Source of the DNA: a virus
Virus record (IMG/VR): IMGVR_UViG_3300035703_000046
Coordinates: 1 to 64,000 of that record
Strand: one strand, 5' to 3'
DNA length: 64,000 nt
The stretch's first letter is position 1; each line of letters opens with the position of its first letter. The translations under genes were made by a program, and so were the position numbers. Below the pieces are notes generated by a model that saw nothing but the letters and a program-made list of their open reading frames with translations, was not told the origin of the DNA and made no database searches. Shown here one piece after another: positions 47,494-56,142 of this stretch.

Positions 47494-48420
47494 TTAGTAA
47501 TTAAAACTGCTATCAGATTTTAAAAAACTATAATAGTTTCTACCTCTTTGCCACGAATCAAAATAAGAAGAAGGGGGATTAAGAGGATCTAGCCATATTT
47601 TTAAATTTTCTAACTTAATAGAATTATTAAAATAATCAATTTTTTCAGAGAGTTCTGATAAATTATTTTTTATAGAATTTAATTCTAATCTTTTTAGATT
47701 ATTTTTTTCTTTATGAGCACATATAAATCCGCCAATAAAAGCATCATTTGGAACCGCAGCTGTAATATCAAACTGTAAAATTGGCTTTATGCCAGCATTG
47801 CTAAATACTATTAAGTTTTGATTTTGATTTCTTTTTTTGAAATTTTCAATTAAAAAATTGACGCTATTATTATTAATAATAATATTTTTTAAATCAAACC
47901 ATTGCAAAGAGGTCTCAGAGCTATGATTTGAAATATCCCAGTTATCAGGTCTAATTAAAAAATACTCTTCAGCGCCAAGGCTTTTAAGACCAAGTAATTC
48001 ATTTTGAAATCGCAAGTCATCGCAAACAAAATTAACGCCAGGACTATTTTGAATTTCTAATAGTGTCTTTTTAACATGAAAATCTGTATCGTGCGCTCGT
48101 AAAACATCCGTCCCAACAAATTGCAACAATTTTCTAGGAGTCTCTATAAAAATTTCTTCTTTAAGAAGATAAGTTACGTCTTCTTTAATATAAGAAGATA
48201 TTTTTTTATAAAAATCAATATTTGTATAAATTTTTAAGCATTTAGTTTCTTTTAAAGTTTGATCGTAAAGATATTTTTTATCTATCAAAAAAACATCAGA
48301 AATTAAATTTTTTAAAAAATCTGCAAAAGATATTTTGACATATTTCTCACTTTCTATGAGAAACCTAGATAAAGTGGATTTCCCACTTCCTTTTCTTCCC
48401 GCTAAAGCCAAAATAGTCAT
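47494..48420 (-). CDS. Deoxynucleoside monophosphate kinase with a C-terminal extension
   Basis: GRKGSGKST, SFADFLK, TPRKLLQFVGTD, DDLRFQNE, HSSE. Confidence 0.85.
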   Translation of the reverse strand: MTILALAGRKGSGKSTLSRFLIESEKYVKISFADFLKNLISDVFLIDKKYLYDQTLKETKCLKIYTNIDFYKKISSYIKEDVTYLLKEEIFIETPRKLLQFVGTDVLRAHDTDFHVKKTLLEIQNSPGVNFVCDDLRFQNELLGLKSLGAEEYFLIRPDNWDISNHSSETSLQWFDLKNIIINNNSVNFLIENFKKRNQNQNLIVFSNAGIKPILQFDITAAVPNDAFIGGFICAHKEKNNLKRLELNSIKNNLSELSEKIDYFNNSIKLENLKIWLDPLNPPSSYFDSWQRGRNYYSFLKSDSSFNY

Positions 48421-50585
48421 ACCGCTATTACCTCTGCCGTTGATCCAAGAGAGCCTTCATTATTAACTACTATAGCATGATTAAACTTTTCTTTTAGTTT
48501 ATCCTTGTGAGTAATTACTAAAACCTTATAAGTCTTCTCTAGCTCTTTAATTATTGAAATAAATGCAGAAGAAGAAGCCTCATCTAAACGCTCATCAATC
48601 TCATCAAAACACAAAAGCTTAAACTTGGGAACCCCATTTTCCACAGTATCTTTGAGACCCATTTTTAACGCCCATCTAATTACAAATTCTTGACCGCCAG
48701 AAAGCTCTGAAGAATCTAGCTCTAAAGAATTTTCAAAGAATTTAATATCAAAAGTATCTTCTTCTTTGCCCTTTTTATCTTTAGAAATAATAAATTGAAC
48801 TTCTAGCCCAGGCTTAATTTTATTAAGCCAAGAATTAGTATTTATCTGAAAAGCATCTAAAATATTATAGATGATTCTATTAGGGACTCCTGTAGGAGAA
48901 AATCCTTGTAGAACAATTTGATAAGTTTCAATCTCTTCTTCTAAGAGAGATTTTTGAATACTAAAAGAATTATATTTTTCAATATTTTTTTCGTTTGTAT
49001 CTAATTTGTCTTTTAGAATAGCTAAATTGTTATTTCCGATTAATATACTATTGTCTATTTTTTCAATAACAATTTTAACATTTTCAAATTCTGATTTTAA
49101 AGATTTTAGTTTAGAAGAAGTGTTTTCATCAGTCTGCTTATCTAATTTTTCAGATAAATTCTTTTGTTTTTCTAAATTTAATTTTAGAGTATTATTCAAA
49201 GAATGCAAATCAGACTCTATCATTTTGATAAATTCTTCCACAGAGGATTTGCTTTGAATTAAGGACTGCTCTTTTTCTTTAAGAATTTTTTCTTTTTGCT
49301 CTAAATCTAATATTACTTTAGTTCTTTCATCGTTTTTTAATATTTTATTATTAATATCCATTTTTTTGTTTTGAATATTTTCTAAGACAGAAGAATATTT
49401 TTTATTTTCTTCTGTAATTAAAGATATTTCTTGCAAGACTTTATGATTATGAGATTCTTTATACTCTTCAGTTATGGACTGAAAGCATTCTGGACATACT
49501 TCATCTTGCGGTATTGGAGATTTTAACTTAGAAAGTTTAGAATTATTATTTAATACTAGGGCTTTAATGTTTGTTTCTTCTTTTGTTAAATCCTGTAATT
49601 TTTCTTTAAGCTCTACTTTGTCATATGTTGGCAAAGCTAGCGCCTCTTTTAATTTTAGAGAATTATCTTCGCAAGAATTTTTATTTAAAGAAATATCTTT
49701 AATAATTTTATTTTTTTCAATATCTTTTTTGTCTTTGTTGTCATTCAGTGATTTAATTTTTAAATTAATTAAATCATGCTCTGACTCTAATTCTTTAGAC
49801 TGTTTGAGTAACAATTCTGAAGATTTATCTAAAGACGATTCTAAAACATTAATTTCTTGCTGAAAACCATTTAACTGTTCAATTTTAGAAGTTTTTTCTA
49901 AAAATTTATCATCTAAAATTGATTGAGTAATTTTTATTTTTTCTAGTAAAGAATTTTTTTGCTGAATAGGATCTTCAAGTGATTCAATTTTGGCATTTAC
50001 TACACTTATTTCTTTATTTTTTTCAGAAATATATTCTTTTGTTTTTTGCTCTAGTTTAGAATAGATAGAAAGTAATAAAGCGTTTTTAATAATTTCTAAT
50101 CTTTCTTTTGGATTTTTAGCTGATAGAAATCCGTGCAAATGATCTTTTTGACTAAAAAGATAAATATTATGAAAAGCATTATCATTTAATGATAATAGCT
50201 TTGAAATTTCCAAATCTATATTTGTATTTGTATTGCTGCTTTTTGAAATCCATTCATCATTAACTTTTTGATAAAGTTCAAGGATAGAACTTCCCTTTGT
50301 CCTAGCTCTAAATATTTTATATTCAATAGAGTCTGTTTCAAATTCAAATTCAACAGTACATTTTTTCTCTCCTCTTCGGATAACTCTATCTACCGTTGAA
50401 ACATCATAGGTTCCAAATAAAGCGTATCGTATCGCCCTAAATATGGTAGATTTGCCCGCAGCGTTGGATAATGACAAGTCTCCATTGTGCTGACCTAAAA
50501 CTAAAGCAGAATCAAATTTTGAAAAATCAATTTCCGCTTCTTTATAAGTCATAAAGTTTTTTATATTTAATTTTAATGGATTCAT
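48417..50585 (-). CDS. sbcC: SbcC/Rad50 (gp46-like) ATPase
   Basis: NAAGKST, zinc hook CPEC, LSGGQ, FDEID, ITH. Confidence 0.93.
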   Translation of the reverse strand: MNPLKLNIKNFMTYKEAEIDFSKFDSALVLGQHNGDLSLSNAAGKSTIFRAIRYALFGTYDVSTVDRVIRRGEKKCTVEFEFETDSIEYKIFRARTKGSSILELYQKVNDEWISKSSNTNTNIDLEISKLLSLNDNAFHNIYLFSQKDHLHGFLSAKNPKERLEIIKNALLLSIYSKLEQKTKEYISEKNKEISVVNAKIESLEDPIQQKNSLLEKIKITQSILDDKFLEKTSKIEQLNGFQQEINVLESSLDKSSELLLKQSKELESEHDLINLKIKSLNDNKDKKDIEKNKIIKDISLNKNSCEDNSLKLKEALALPTYDKVELKEKLQDLTKEETNIKALVLNNNSKLSKLKSPIPQDEVCPECFQSITEEYKESHNHKVLQEISLITEENKKYSSVLENIQNKKMDINNKILKNDERTKVILDLEQKEKILKEKEQSLIQSKSSVEEFIKMIESDLHSLNNTLKLNLEKQKNLSEKLDKQTDENTSSKLKSLKSEFENVKIVIEKIDNSILIGNNNLAILKDKLDTNEKNIEKYNSFSIQKSLLEEEIETYQIVLQGFSPTGVPNRIIYNILDAFQINTNSWLNKIKPGLEVQFIISKDKKGKEEDTFDIKFFENSLELDSSELSGGQEFVIRWALKMGLKDTVENGVPKFKLLCFDEIDERLDEASSSAFISIIKELEKTYKVLVITHKDKLKEKFNHAIVVNNEGSLGSTAEVIAV

Positions 50586-51757
50586 TTAGATAAAACCTCG
50601 TCAATGATATTATTTGCCATATCTAATATTTTAGGCTGCTTTATTTCGCTGATTTCTCTGGATTCCAACCAATCTTTAAATGCATCTTTGGGTGACATTG
50701 AAGCGTTTAAATTATTTCTTTTATCCGTAGATACTACAGACTTTGCGCGAGACTCTGTAATTCCAGTCAGATTATGAAGAGAGTATTTTTCTAAAGTTTT
50801 ACTTATTACTTTGTTATCTATTTTTTGCTTAGGATCTTCAAATTTAATTTCTAAATTAAGAATTGAGTCATATAAAGTGCGTTTAGACTCTTCGACTTCA
50901 AGTATGTTAAGCAAATATTGAGTCGGTTCAACTGATTCTGGAATAATAATTTCTATTTTTCTCAAGGGGCGAGTAGGAACGTCCAGCTTAACAATTGAAA
51001 AATCTTTATTTGAATCGTATAGATAAATGATTTTATCATGATTAGTCTCTCCAAAATCAGAGATGTCTAAAGATCCTACATGACCCACAAAGGGAGACTC
51101 GTTCATGACTTGAGGTTTATGTATATGCCCCATGAACGTTGCCGTAAATTTTTCTGAGAACATCTCTGCTGGACAATGCAACTCATTGTGAAGGTCGTCA
51201 ATTTCATCTCCAACATACAAAGAGCCATCTAAAGTCAAATGACCAATGCATAAATGAGGAGAAGAAGTTTTCTCTGGAAGAAGATCGTTTAATATTTTAA
51301 GCGCATCTTGATTGCTCTGACAATTAAATGACTTTCTATCTCTAAAAGGAACAAATGTAATAAATCCATCCTCAATTTCCTGAGTAAGAATTTCAGAGTG
51401 AACTTTGCAGCCAGAAAGCTCAACAATATTAACTAAGTTTAATATACTATGGTATTCTGATCCGATTCTTTTAATGTCATGATTGCCTAAAACAATATGG
51501 ACTTTAATATTATGAGAATCATAAGATTTTAAATATGAAAAAAATAATTGAATTAAAACATTATCAACATTATAATTTTCAAAAACGTCTCCAGTAAATA
51601 CTACATGCTTAACATCGTATTCAATGGCTTTAGATTGTACCCAATTCAAAAGTCTAAATTTATCTTCGTTCCTAGAATTTAGTTTTCCAGGTCCATAATT
51701 TTTGCCTATAGAAGTGCCTTTATCTAAATGAACGTCACCGATGATTAAAACTTTCAT
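50582..51757 (-). CDS. sbcD: SbcD/Mre11 (gp47-like) nuclease
   Basis: GDVH, GD, GNHD, GH, GHIH; coupled to sbcC. Confidence 0.92.
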   Translation of the reverse strand: MKVLIIGDVHLDKGTSIGKNYGPGKLNSRNEDKFRLLNWVQSKAIEYDVKHVVFTGDVFENYNVDNVLIQLFFSYLKSYDSHNIKVHIVLGNHDIKRIGSEYHSILNLVNIVELSGCKVHSEILTQEIEDGFITFVPFRDRKSFNCQSNQDALKILNDLLPEKTSSPHLCIGHLTLDGSLYVGDEIDDLHNELHCPAEMFSEKFTATFMGHIHKPQVMNESPFVGHVGSLDISDFGETNHDKIIYLYDSNKDFSIVKLDVPTRPLRKIEIIIPESVEPTQYLLNILEVEESKRTLYDSILNLEIKFEDPKQKIDNKVISKTLEKYSLHNLTGITESRAKSVVSTDKRNNLNASMSPKDAFKDWLESREISEIKQPKILDMANNIIDEVLSK

Positions 51758-52446
51758 GTTTCCTCAAATTCTTCAAATTTTCTTTTGCAGAAATCTAATC
51801 TCAATCTCAGGGCTTCTTCATCTAGACCATTATTTTTGAGTATGTTTTTAACATATAATTCAAAAACTGGAGCCACATTAGAAGCAAATTCAAATGCCTC
51901 GTCAGAAAAATTATTTTTCTCTAAAAACAAATGATGAATCTTTGAAAATTCATCTAAATAGGGAAATATAATTTCATTATATGACTGCTGGGCTTCTTTT
52001 ACAAGATCAGTAATCTCGACATGACCTTTTTCTATTAGCTCTTTTGCAATGTCTATTGTCTGCTTGCCCTTTAAACATGCCAAAAATTGGCAAACTCCCC
52101 CTTTTCTAGAGCAACCAAAACAATGAAATGTGTTTGTGGAAATATTAATATAAAAAGAGGGGCTAGAATCTCTATGATCCGGAAATGGACAAGAAATCTT
52201 ATAAGCCCAATCAGGCTTATGAGTGGACTGTAAAATAATGTTTTGTTTTTTAACAGCAGTTAAGATATTAACTTTACTGTTAACATAGCTAATTAATTTA
52301 TAATCCTCTTTGCAAGAATCTAAATATAATTTTAAGTAAGAAACATCTTCTATTCCAGAGACATCAAAAGGCTGTTCAAAGTTTGAATTATCCCCTGATG
52401 CAGGGCTGCTGCTTTCGGATCTGGGTCTACTTGATAAGATTTGCAT
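51754..52446 (-). CDS. Stand-alone primase CHC2 zinc-binding-domain protein
   Basis: CPFPDHRDSSPSFYI..FHCFGC..KGG..QFL; true start uncertain. Confidence 0.85.
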   Translation of the reverse strand: MQILSSRPRSESSSPASGDNSNFEQPFDVSGIEDVSYLKLYLDSCKEDYKLISYVNSKVNILTAVKKQNIILQSTHKPDWAYKISCPFPDHRDSSPSFYINISTNTFHCFGCSRKGGVCQFLACLKGKQTIDIAKELIEKGHVEITDLVKEAQQSYNEIIFPYLDEFSKIHHLFLEKNNFSDEAFEFASNVAPVFELYVKNILKNNGLDEEALRLRLDFCKRKFEEFEET

Positions 52447-52520
52447 AATCTAAGATATTCTGAATACTGCAATTTTTCTTCAGATATAAAATTAATTAAT
52501 TCAGATTTGTTAATTGTCAT
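52350..52520 (-). CDS. Small 56-aa ORF (MTINKSELINF...LLMSLE) overlapping the start of the zinc-finger gene
   Basis: Own translation; SD-like GGA; fills the gap after 52543. Confidence 0.5.
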   Translation of the reverse strand: MTINKSELINFISEEKLQYSEYLRLCKSYQVDPDPKAAALHQGIIQTLNSLLMSLE

Positions 52521-52542
52521 TTATTTTCCAAATTAATTAATT

Positions 52543-53016
52543 TTATTCTTTTTTAGAATTTAAATTAATTTCTTTTAACTGATTAATGACATAATCCATC
52601 TCGTTTAATCGGTCTCTTACAATTAAGAGAGATTTAAAAAACAAGGTATCTAGTACTAAAGATCCTGCACCTTCAGACTCATTTGGATCATTATTAACAG
52701 CTGTAGCTAAGAAAAAAAGATCATTGCAAACTTGTTTTTCTACATCTTTTTGAATAACGCTTTTATTCGAAGATAAAGTCCTATCATGCAATAAAGATAA
52801 GAATTTTTGACCTAATTCTAAAGCCTTTTTATTTCTATCAACCTTATCCGATATGGCGTCTTTGACTTTTTGTTCAAAGTCTTTTTTAGTGTCTGGCTTA
52901 GCGTTAAATCTTGATTTGGCATTATTAATTTTTAAGCCACTTCTTGGATTAAACCCAGCTTCTTGTGATTGAGGTTCTTCCTGTTCTGTGTCTGGTTCTC
53001 CAAAAGCTTTTTTCAT
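52543..53016 (-). CDS. Hypothetical protein
   Basis: ORF track; SD GAGG. Confidence 0.7.
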   Translation of the reverse strand: MKKAFGEPDTEQEEPQSQEAGFNPRSGLKINNAKSRFNAKPDTKKDFEQKVKDAISDKVDRNKKALELGQKFLSLLHDRTLSSNKSVIQKDVEKQVCNDLFFLATAVNNDPNESEGAGSLVLDTLFFKSLLIVRDRLNEMDYVINQLKEINLNSKKE

Positions 53017-53073
53017 ATTGCCCTCTTAATTATTAAAATATATGTGCTGATGATCTATATCGAATTAGATGCT

Positions 53074-53451
53074 TTAATATATTTCGAATTCGTCATCATT
53101 GAATTCGTCATCATAATCATCTAAGCTGTCGTCCTCGTCATCAGCCTCCTCTTCAATAACTTCGGGTTCGGAGATTTCATCTTCTTCCGGGAAATGATTA
53201 GGATCTTCAATTGTTGTAACAAACTTAGAAATATCTACATCCCTTGAGTTAATTAATTTTGACAACATATTAGCTTCATAATTTAAACAGTCAGAGCAAA
53301 TCAAAGACTGATAAGAACGTAATGGGGAATCGCAAGCCATACAATATGACTCTCTGACAATCAGATGGTCAAACTCATCATCTTCGTCTGTGTCTGAAAA
53401 ATCAGTCTCTACTTTTTCGAAAAGATAATCGTCATTTTTTATTTCGGTCAT
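53074..53451 (-). CDS. Acidic protein with CxxC..CxxC
   Basis: CMAC..CSDC; D/E-rich; SD AAGGAG. Confidence 0.65.
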   Translation of the reverse strand: MTEIKNDDYLFEKVETDFSDTDEDDEFDHLIVRESYCMACDSPLRSYQSLICSDCLNYEANMLSKLINSRDVDISKFVTTIEDPNHFPEEDEISEPEVIEEEADDEDDSLDDYDDEFNDDEFEIY

Positions 53452-53466
53452 TTTTAAGCATTCTCC

Positions 53467-53862
53467 TTATTTTTGGATTAATTTTAAAATATTAGAAGAG
53501 GAATTATTTTTATCTAAAGAGCTTTCAATTTTTTCACTGGAAAGTTTTAATACAAGACCGCAAATTTTATGGTCTATTGCAAATTTTTGATAATTATTAT
53601 ATTTTCTTTCAACCCAAACTGGTGATAAAGGGCTTTCAAATTTTTGTCTAAATCTAGATAAAAAATTTCTTACAGCATTATAGTCATACAAGGGTTTGTC
53701 AAAAAGTTTACAATTATCTAGATAATTCATAATTTCTTCATAAGAAAAATGCTTTTTATCAAAAGAAAAGATTTTGTTTTCTATCCCTGGACAGAAAACA
53801 AAATCATCATCTTTATATCCGTAACAGCCCATGGCAATATGAATTTTATAATTTGAATTCAT
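53467..53862 (-). CDS. Hypothetical protein
   Basis: ORF track. Confidence 0.6.
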   Translation of the reverse strand: MNSNYKIHIAMGCYGYKDDDFVFCPGIENKIFSFDKKHFSYEEIMNYLDNCKLFDKPLYDYNAVRNFLSRFRQKFESPLSPVWVERKYNNYQKFAIDHKICGLVLKLSSEKIESSLDKNNSSSNILKLIQK

Positions 53863-53876
53863 GGGCTGCTAAATTT

Positions 53877-54206
53877 TCATTTGGTCACTGATTTACGGCT
53901 AATAACTAGCATTCCGTTATTTGTAGTTTCAACGTCAAAAGCATCTACACGAACTTCTCCGCCCAGACCATCACGTCTTACATTTAACTTATCTTCAATG
54001 AATGCAATGCTAGCTCCAGGTGCTCGCAAGCTAAGATGTAGCTTATCTGGAACAACGTCAATACGGGCAACCAATTCTTCAAGCGGCTTTGAAGTTAAGC
54101 CAAACATAGTAATTGGAGTTTTTTTAATTTGATCCCATAGAGTATCTGCTTCTGTGCGAGATGCTGTCTTTACAGATTCCGTTTTTGTTTCGTTTTTACT
54201 TGACAT
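53877..54206 (-). CDS. Hypothetical protein carrying a VKTA|S site
   Basis: ORF track; SD AAGG. Confidence 0.65.
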   Translation of the reverse strand: MSSKNETKTESVKTASRTEADTLWDQIKKTPITMFGLTSKPLEELVARIDVVPDKLHLSLRAPGASIAFIEDKLNVRRDGLGGEVRVDAFDVETTNNGMLVISRKSVTK

Positions 54207-54489
54207 AACTTACCTTTCTTAATTTTTCTTTAATTAAACTTCTTAATGGAGTTATTAAGACATCCCCTTCAACTATATCTTGAGTGCCATTAATTTCAAT
54301 AATCCAAGAAGGAAGAAGGGTTACTACATCATCATAGCTACTATCATCTTGATGTGAAATTATTGAAAAATTAATGTTAAAAAATTCTTTTTTTAAAGAA
54401 GAAAACTTGTTAATAAGTTTTTTGTTTTTTAAATTCTGACAAACTAAAATAATTTCATTTCTTATTTGAGATGACATTTTTAGCTTCAT
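54196..54489 (-). CDS. Hypothetical protein (possible degenerate thioredoxin fold)
   Basis: VTLLPSWII..IVEG; no CxxC. Confidence 0.5.
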   Translation of the reverse strand: MKLKMSSQIRNEIILVCQNLKNKKLINKFSSLKKEFFNINFSIISHQDDSSYDDVVTLLPSWIIEINGTQDIVEGDVLITPLRSLIKEKLRKVSYVK

Positions 54490-54640
54490 CTTTTAAAGAT
54501 TCATCTGCTGCGGCAATTTCATCTAATGAAACTAGATTCTTATCTATAAGGATCTTTTCAAGAGCCGCTACCCTCATAGCCATTTCAATAATTAAATTTT
54601 TAAATAAAACTAAAGATTCTTCTTTGCTTAATTCTGACAT
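54455..54640 (-). CDS. Small hypothetical protein
   Basis: SD AAGGA; ALEKILIDKNLVS. Confidence 0.65.
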   Translation of the reverse strand: MSELSKEESLVLFKNLIIEMAMRVAALEKILIDKNLVSLDEIAAADESLKDEAKNVISNKK

Positions 54641-54642
54641 AA

Positions 54643-55095
54643 TTATCCTTTTAAAATATCCGGTAGCACTACGCCATTTAAATGATCTATTTCATGTTGA
54701 ATGCATACTGCTGGAAGCCCAGTTGCTATAAATTTTTTAGGAGAACCAAGAAAATTTTCAACTTTTATTTCTTGATACCTTTTAGTTCTTCCAGACATCC
54801 CAGGAAATGACAGGCACCCCTCTCCATCAAATATGGAGAGATCATATTTCTCAATAATATTTGGATTTACTAAATCTGCGTAAAAATAATTAGATCCTAC
54901 TTTGATTCTAATTATTGCCATTTTTTTAGCAATTCCAATTTGAGGACAAGCTAGCCCTATTCCTGGGAAGCCATTCTTTTCAGTTAATTTAAGAGCGCTT
55001 TCTAATAGATTTCGTAAATCATCGATTTCACTGGGTAGAACAGGCTCTGAATTTAAACCTAAATTTCGTACCTGTTCTTCATCCGTGAGAATCAT
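54643..55095 (-). CDS. def: Peptide deformylase (short, lacking the C-terminal helix)
   Basis: GIGLACPQIG, EGCLS, QHEIDHLNG. Confidence 0.95.
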   Translation of the reverse strand: MILTDEEQVRNLGLNSEPVLPSEIDDLRNLLESALKLTEKNGFPGIGLACPQIGIAKKMAIIRIKVGSNYFYADLVNPNIIEKYDLSIFDGEGCLSFPGMSGRTKRYQEIKVENFLGSPKKFIATGLPAVCIQHEIDHLNGVVLPDILKG

Positions 55096-55655
55096 GACTT
55101 CATCAAATTAAGAGTTAGCTCTTTGCCTTCCCAGGAAATTTCTCCATCAATTTTAAAAGAATTCTCTGGGAGATAACTCAAAAATTGTTCAAGCGTCTTG
55201 GTTCCGACTTCTTGATGAGTAATTGCCCTTCCGGCAAAGAGTATTGCAACTTTCACTCTAAGATTATCTTGTAGAAATTTATTAGCTTGTTTTGCTTTAA
55301 TTTCTAGATCGTGATTTCCGGTTGTAGGCTTAAATTTAACTTCTTTAATTTTGATGGCAGATTCTCGCTGCTTACGATCTGCTTCTTTTTTCTTTTTAGA
55401 AGTTTCATATTTAAACTTACTAAAATCCATAATTTTGCAAGTAGGAGGTCGATCTTTTGATGGTGGACTTAGCTGAACCAGATCAAGCCCTTGTTCTTGA
55501 GCGAGTTTTAGAGCATCTTTTGTAATTAAAAGACCCAAATTTTGGTCATCTGAATTAATGCAGATGACTTTTGGAACACGAATATTAAAATTAATAAACC
55601 AACGGTCACGGTCACGGTCACGGTCACGGTCAATGTTTGATTTCATAAAGTGAAT
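55092..55655 (-). CDS. infC: Translation initiation factor IF-3, probable AUU start
   Basis: INFNIRVPKV..LDLV..PPTCKIMDFSKFKYE..IKEVKF..HDLEIK..VKV..F.GR; SD AGGAG is 6 nt from an in-frame ATT. Confidence 0.95.
   Translation of the reverse strand: MHFMKSNIDRDRDRDRDRWFINFNIRVPKVICINSDDQNLGLLITKDALKLAQEQGLDLVQLSPPSKDRPPTCKIMDFSKFKYETSKKKKEADRKQRESAIKIKEVKFKPTTGNHDLEIKAKQANKFLQDNLRVKVAILFAGRAITHQEVGTKTLEQFLSYLPENSFKIDGEISWEGKELTLNLMKS
55602..55631. repeat. (ACGGTC)5 encoding DRDRDRDRDR at the IF-3 N-terminus
   Basis: Read directly from the sequence. Confidence 0.95.
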
Positions 55656-55664
55656 GATATACTC

Positions 55665-56012
55665 CTATGCTAGGCTTTCTTTATTTGATTTAAATTTCTG
55701 CTGATCTTTAACGTAATCCTGTAATACAGGATGTGTAGAGTATAACTCTTCCAGACCCTGCTGTAAAGCCTCGACGACTTTCAAGTCTTGAATAAAATGA
55801 TCCCCAAATCTGGCGTCCAAATATAATTGATCTTTTAGGGCTACATAAGTGGCTTCTGCCATCATGCAAGAATCTTGAAAGGATAGAGATTTTATCGCAA
55901 ATTTATTGACAATAAAATAGCTATCCCCTTTCTTCAAAAGAAATTTATCCGATGAGCTATCGGTTTTCTTCTTCGCCAAAGATTTGGATGATTTCGACCC
56001 TTTTTTCTTCAT
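55665..56012 (-). CDS. Hypothetical protein (start may be the TTG near 55979)
   Basis: ORF track. Confidence 0.6.
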   Translation of the reverse strand: MKKKGSKSSKSLAKKKTDSSSDKFLLKKGDSYFIVNKFAIKSLSFQDSCMMAEATYVALKDQLYLDARFGDHFIQDLKVVEALQQGLEELYSTHPVLQDYVKDQQKFKSNKESLA

Positions 56013-56094
56013 CGGATTTCTTTTCTTTTTTAAACTTAATCGGACCTATTTCTTCCTCCAAATACAGATATTCTACCTTATATTTTTCAGTCAT
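55957..56094 (-). CDS. Small 45-aa protein missed by the track (MTEKYKVEYLYLEEE...EEENR)
   Basis: Strong SD AGGAGGAG just upstream of the ATG. Confidence 0.6.
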   Translation of the reverse strand: MTEKYKVEYLYLEEEIGPIKFKKEKKSDEEKRVEIIQIFGEEENR

Positions 56095-56142
56095 AGCTCC
56101 TCCTAATATTTTAATCTTTCACATATATGCCATTTAATTATA

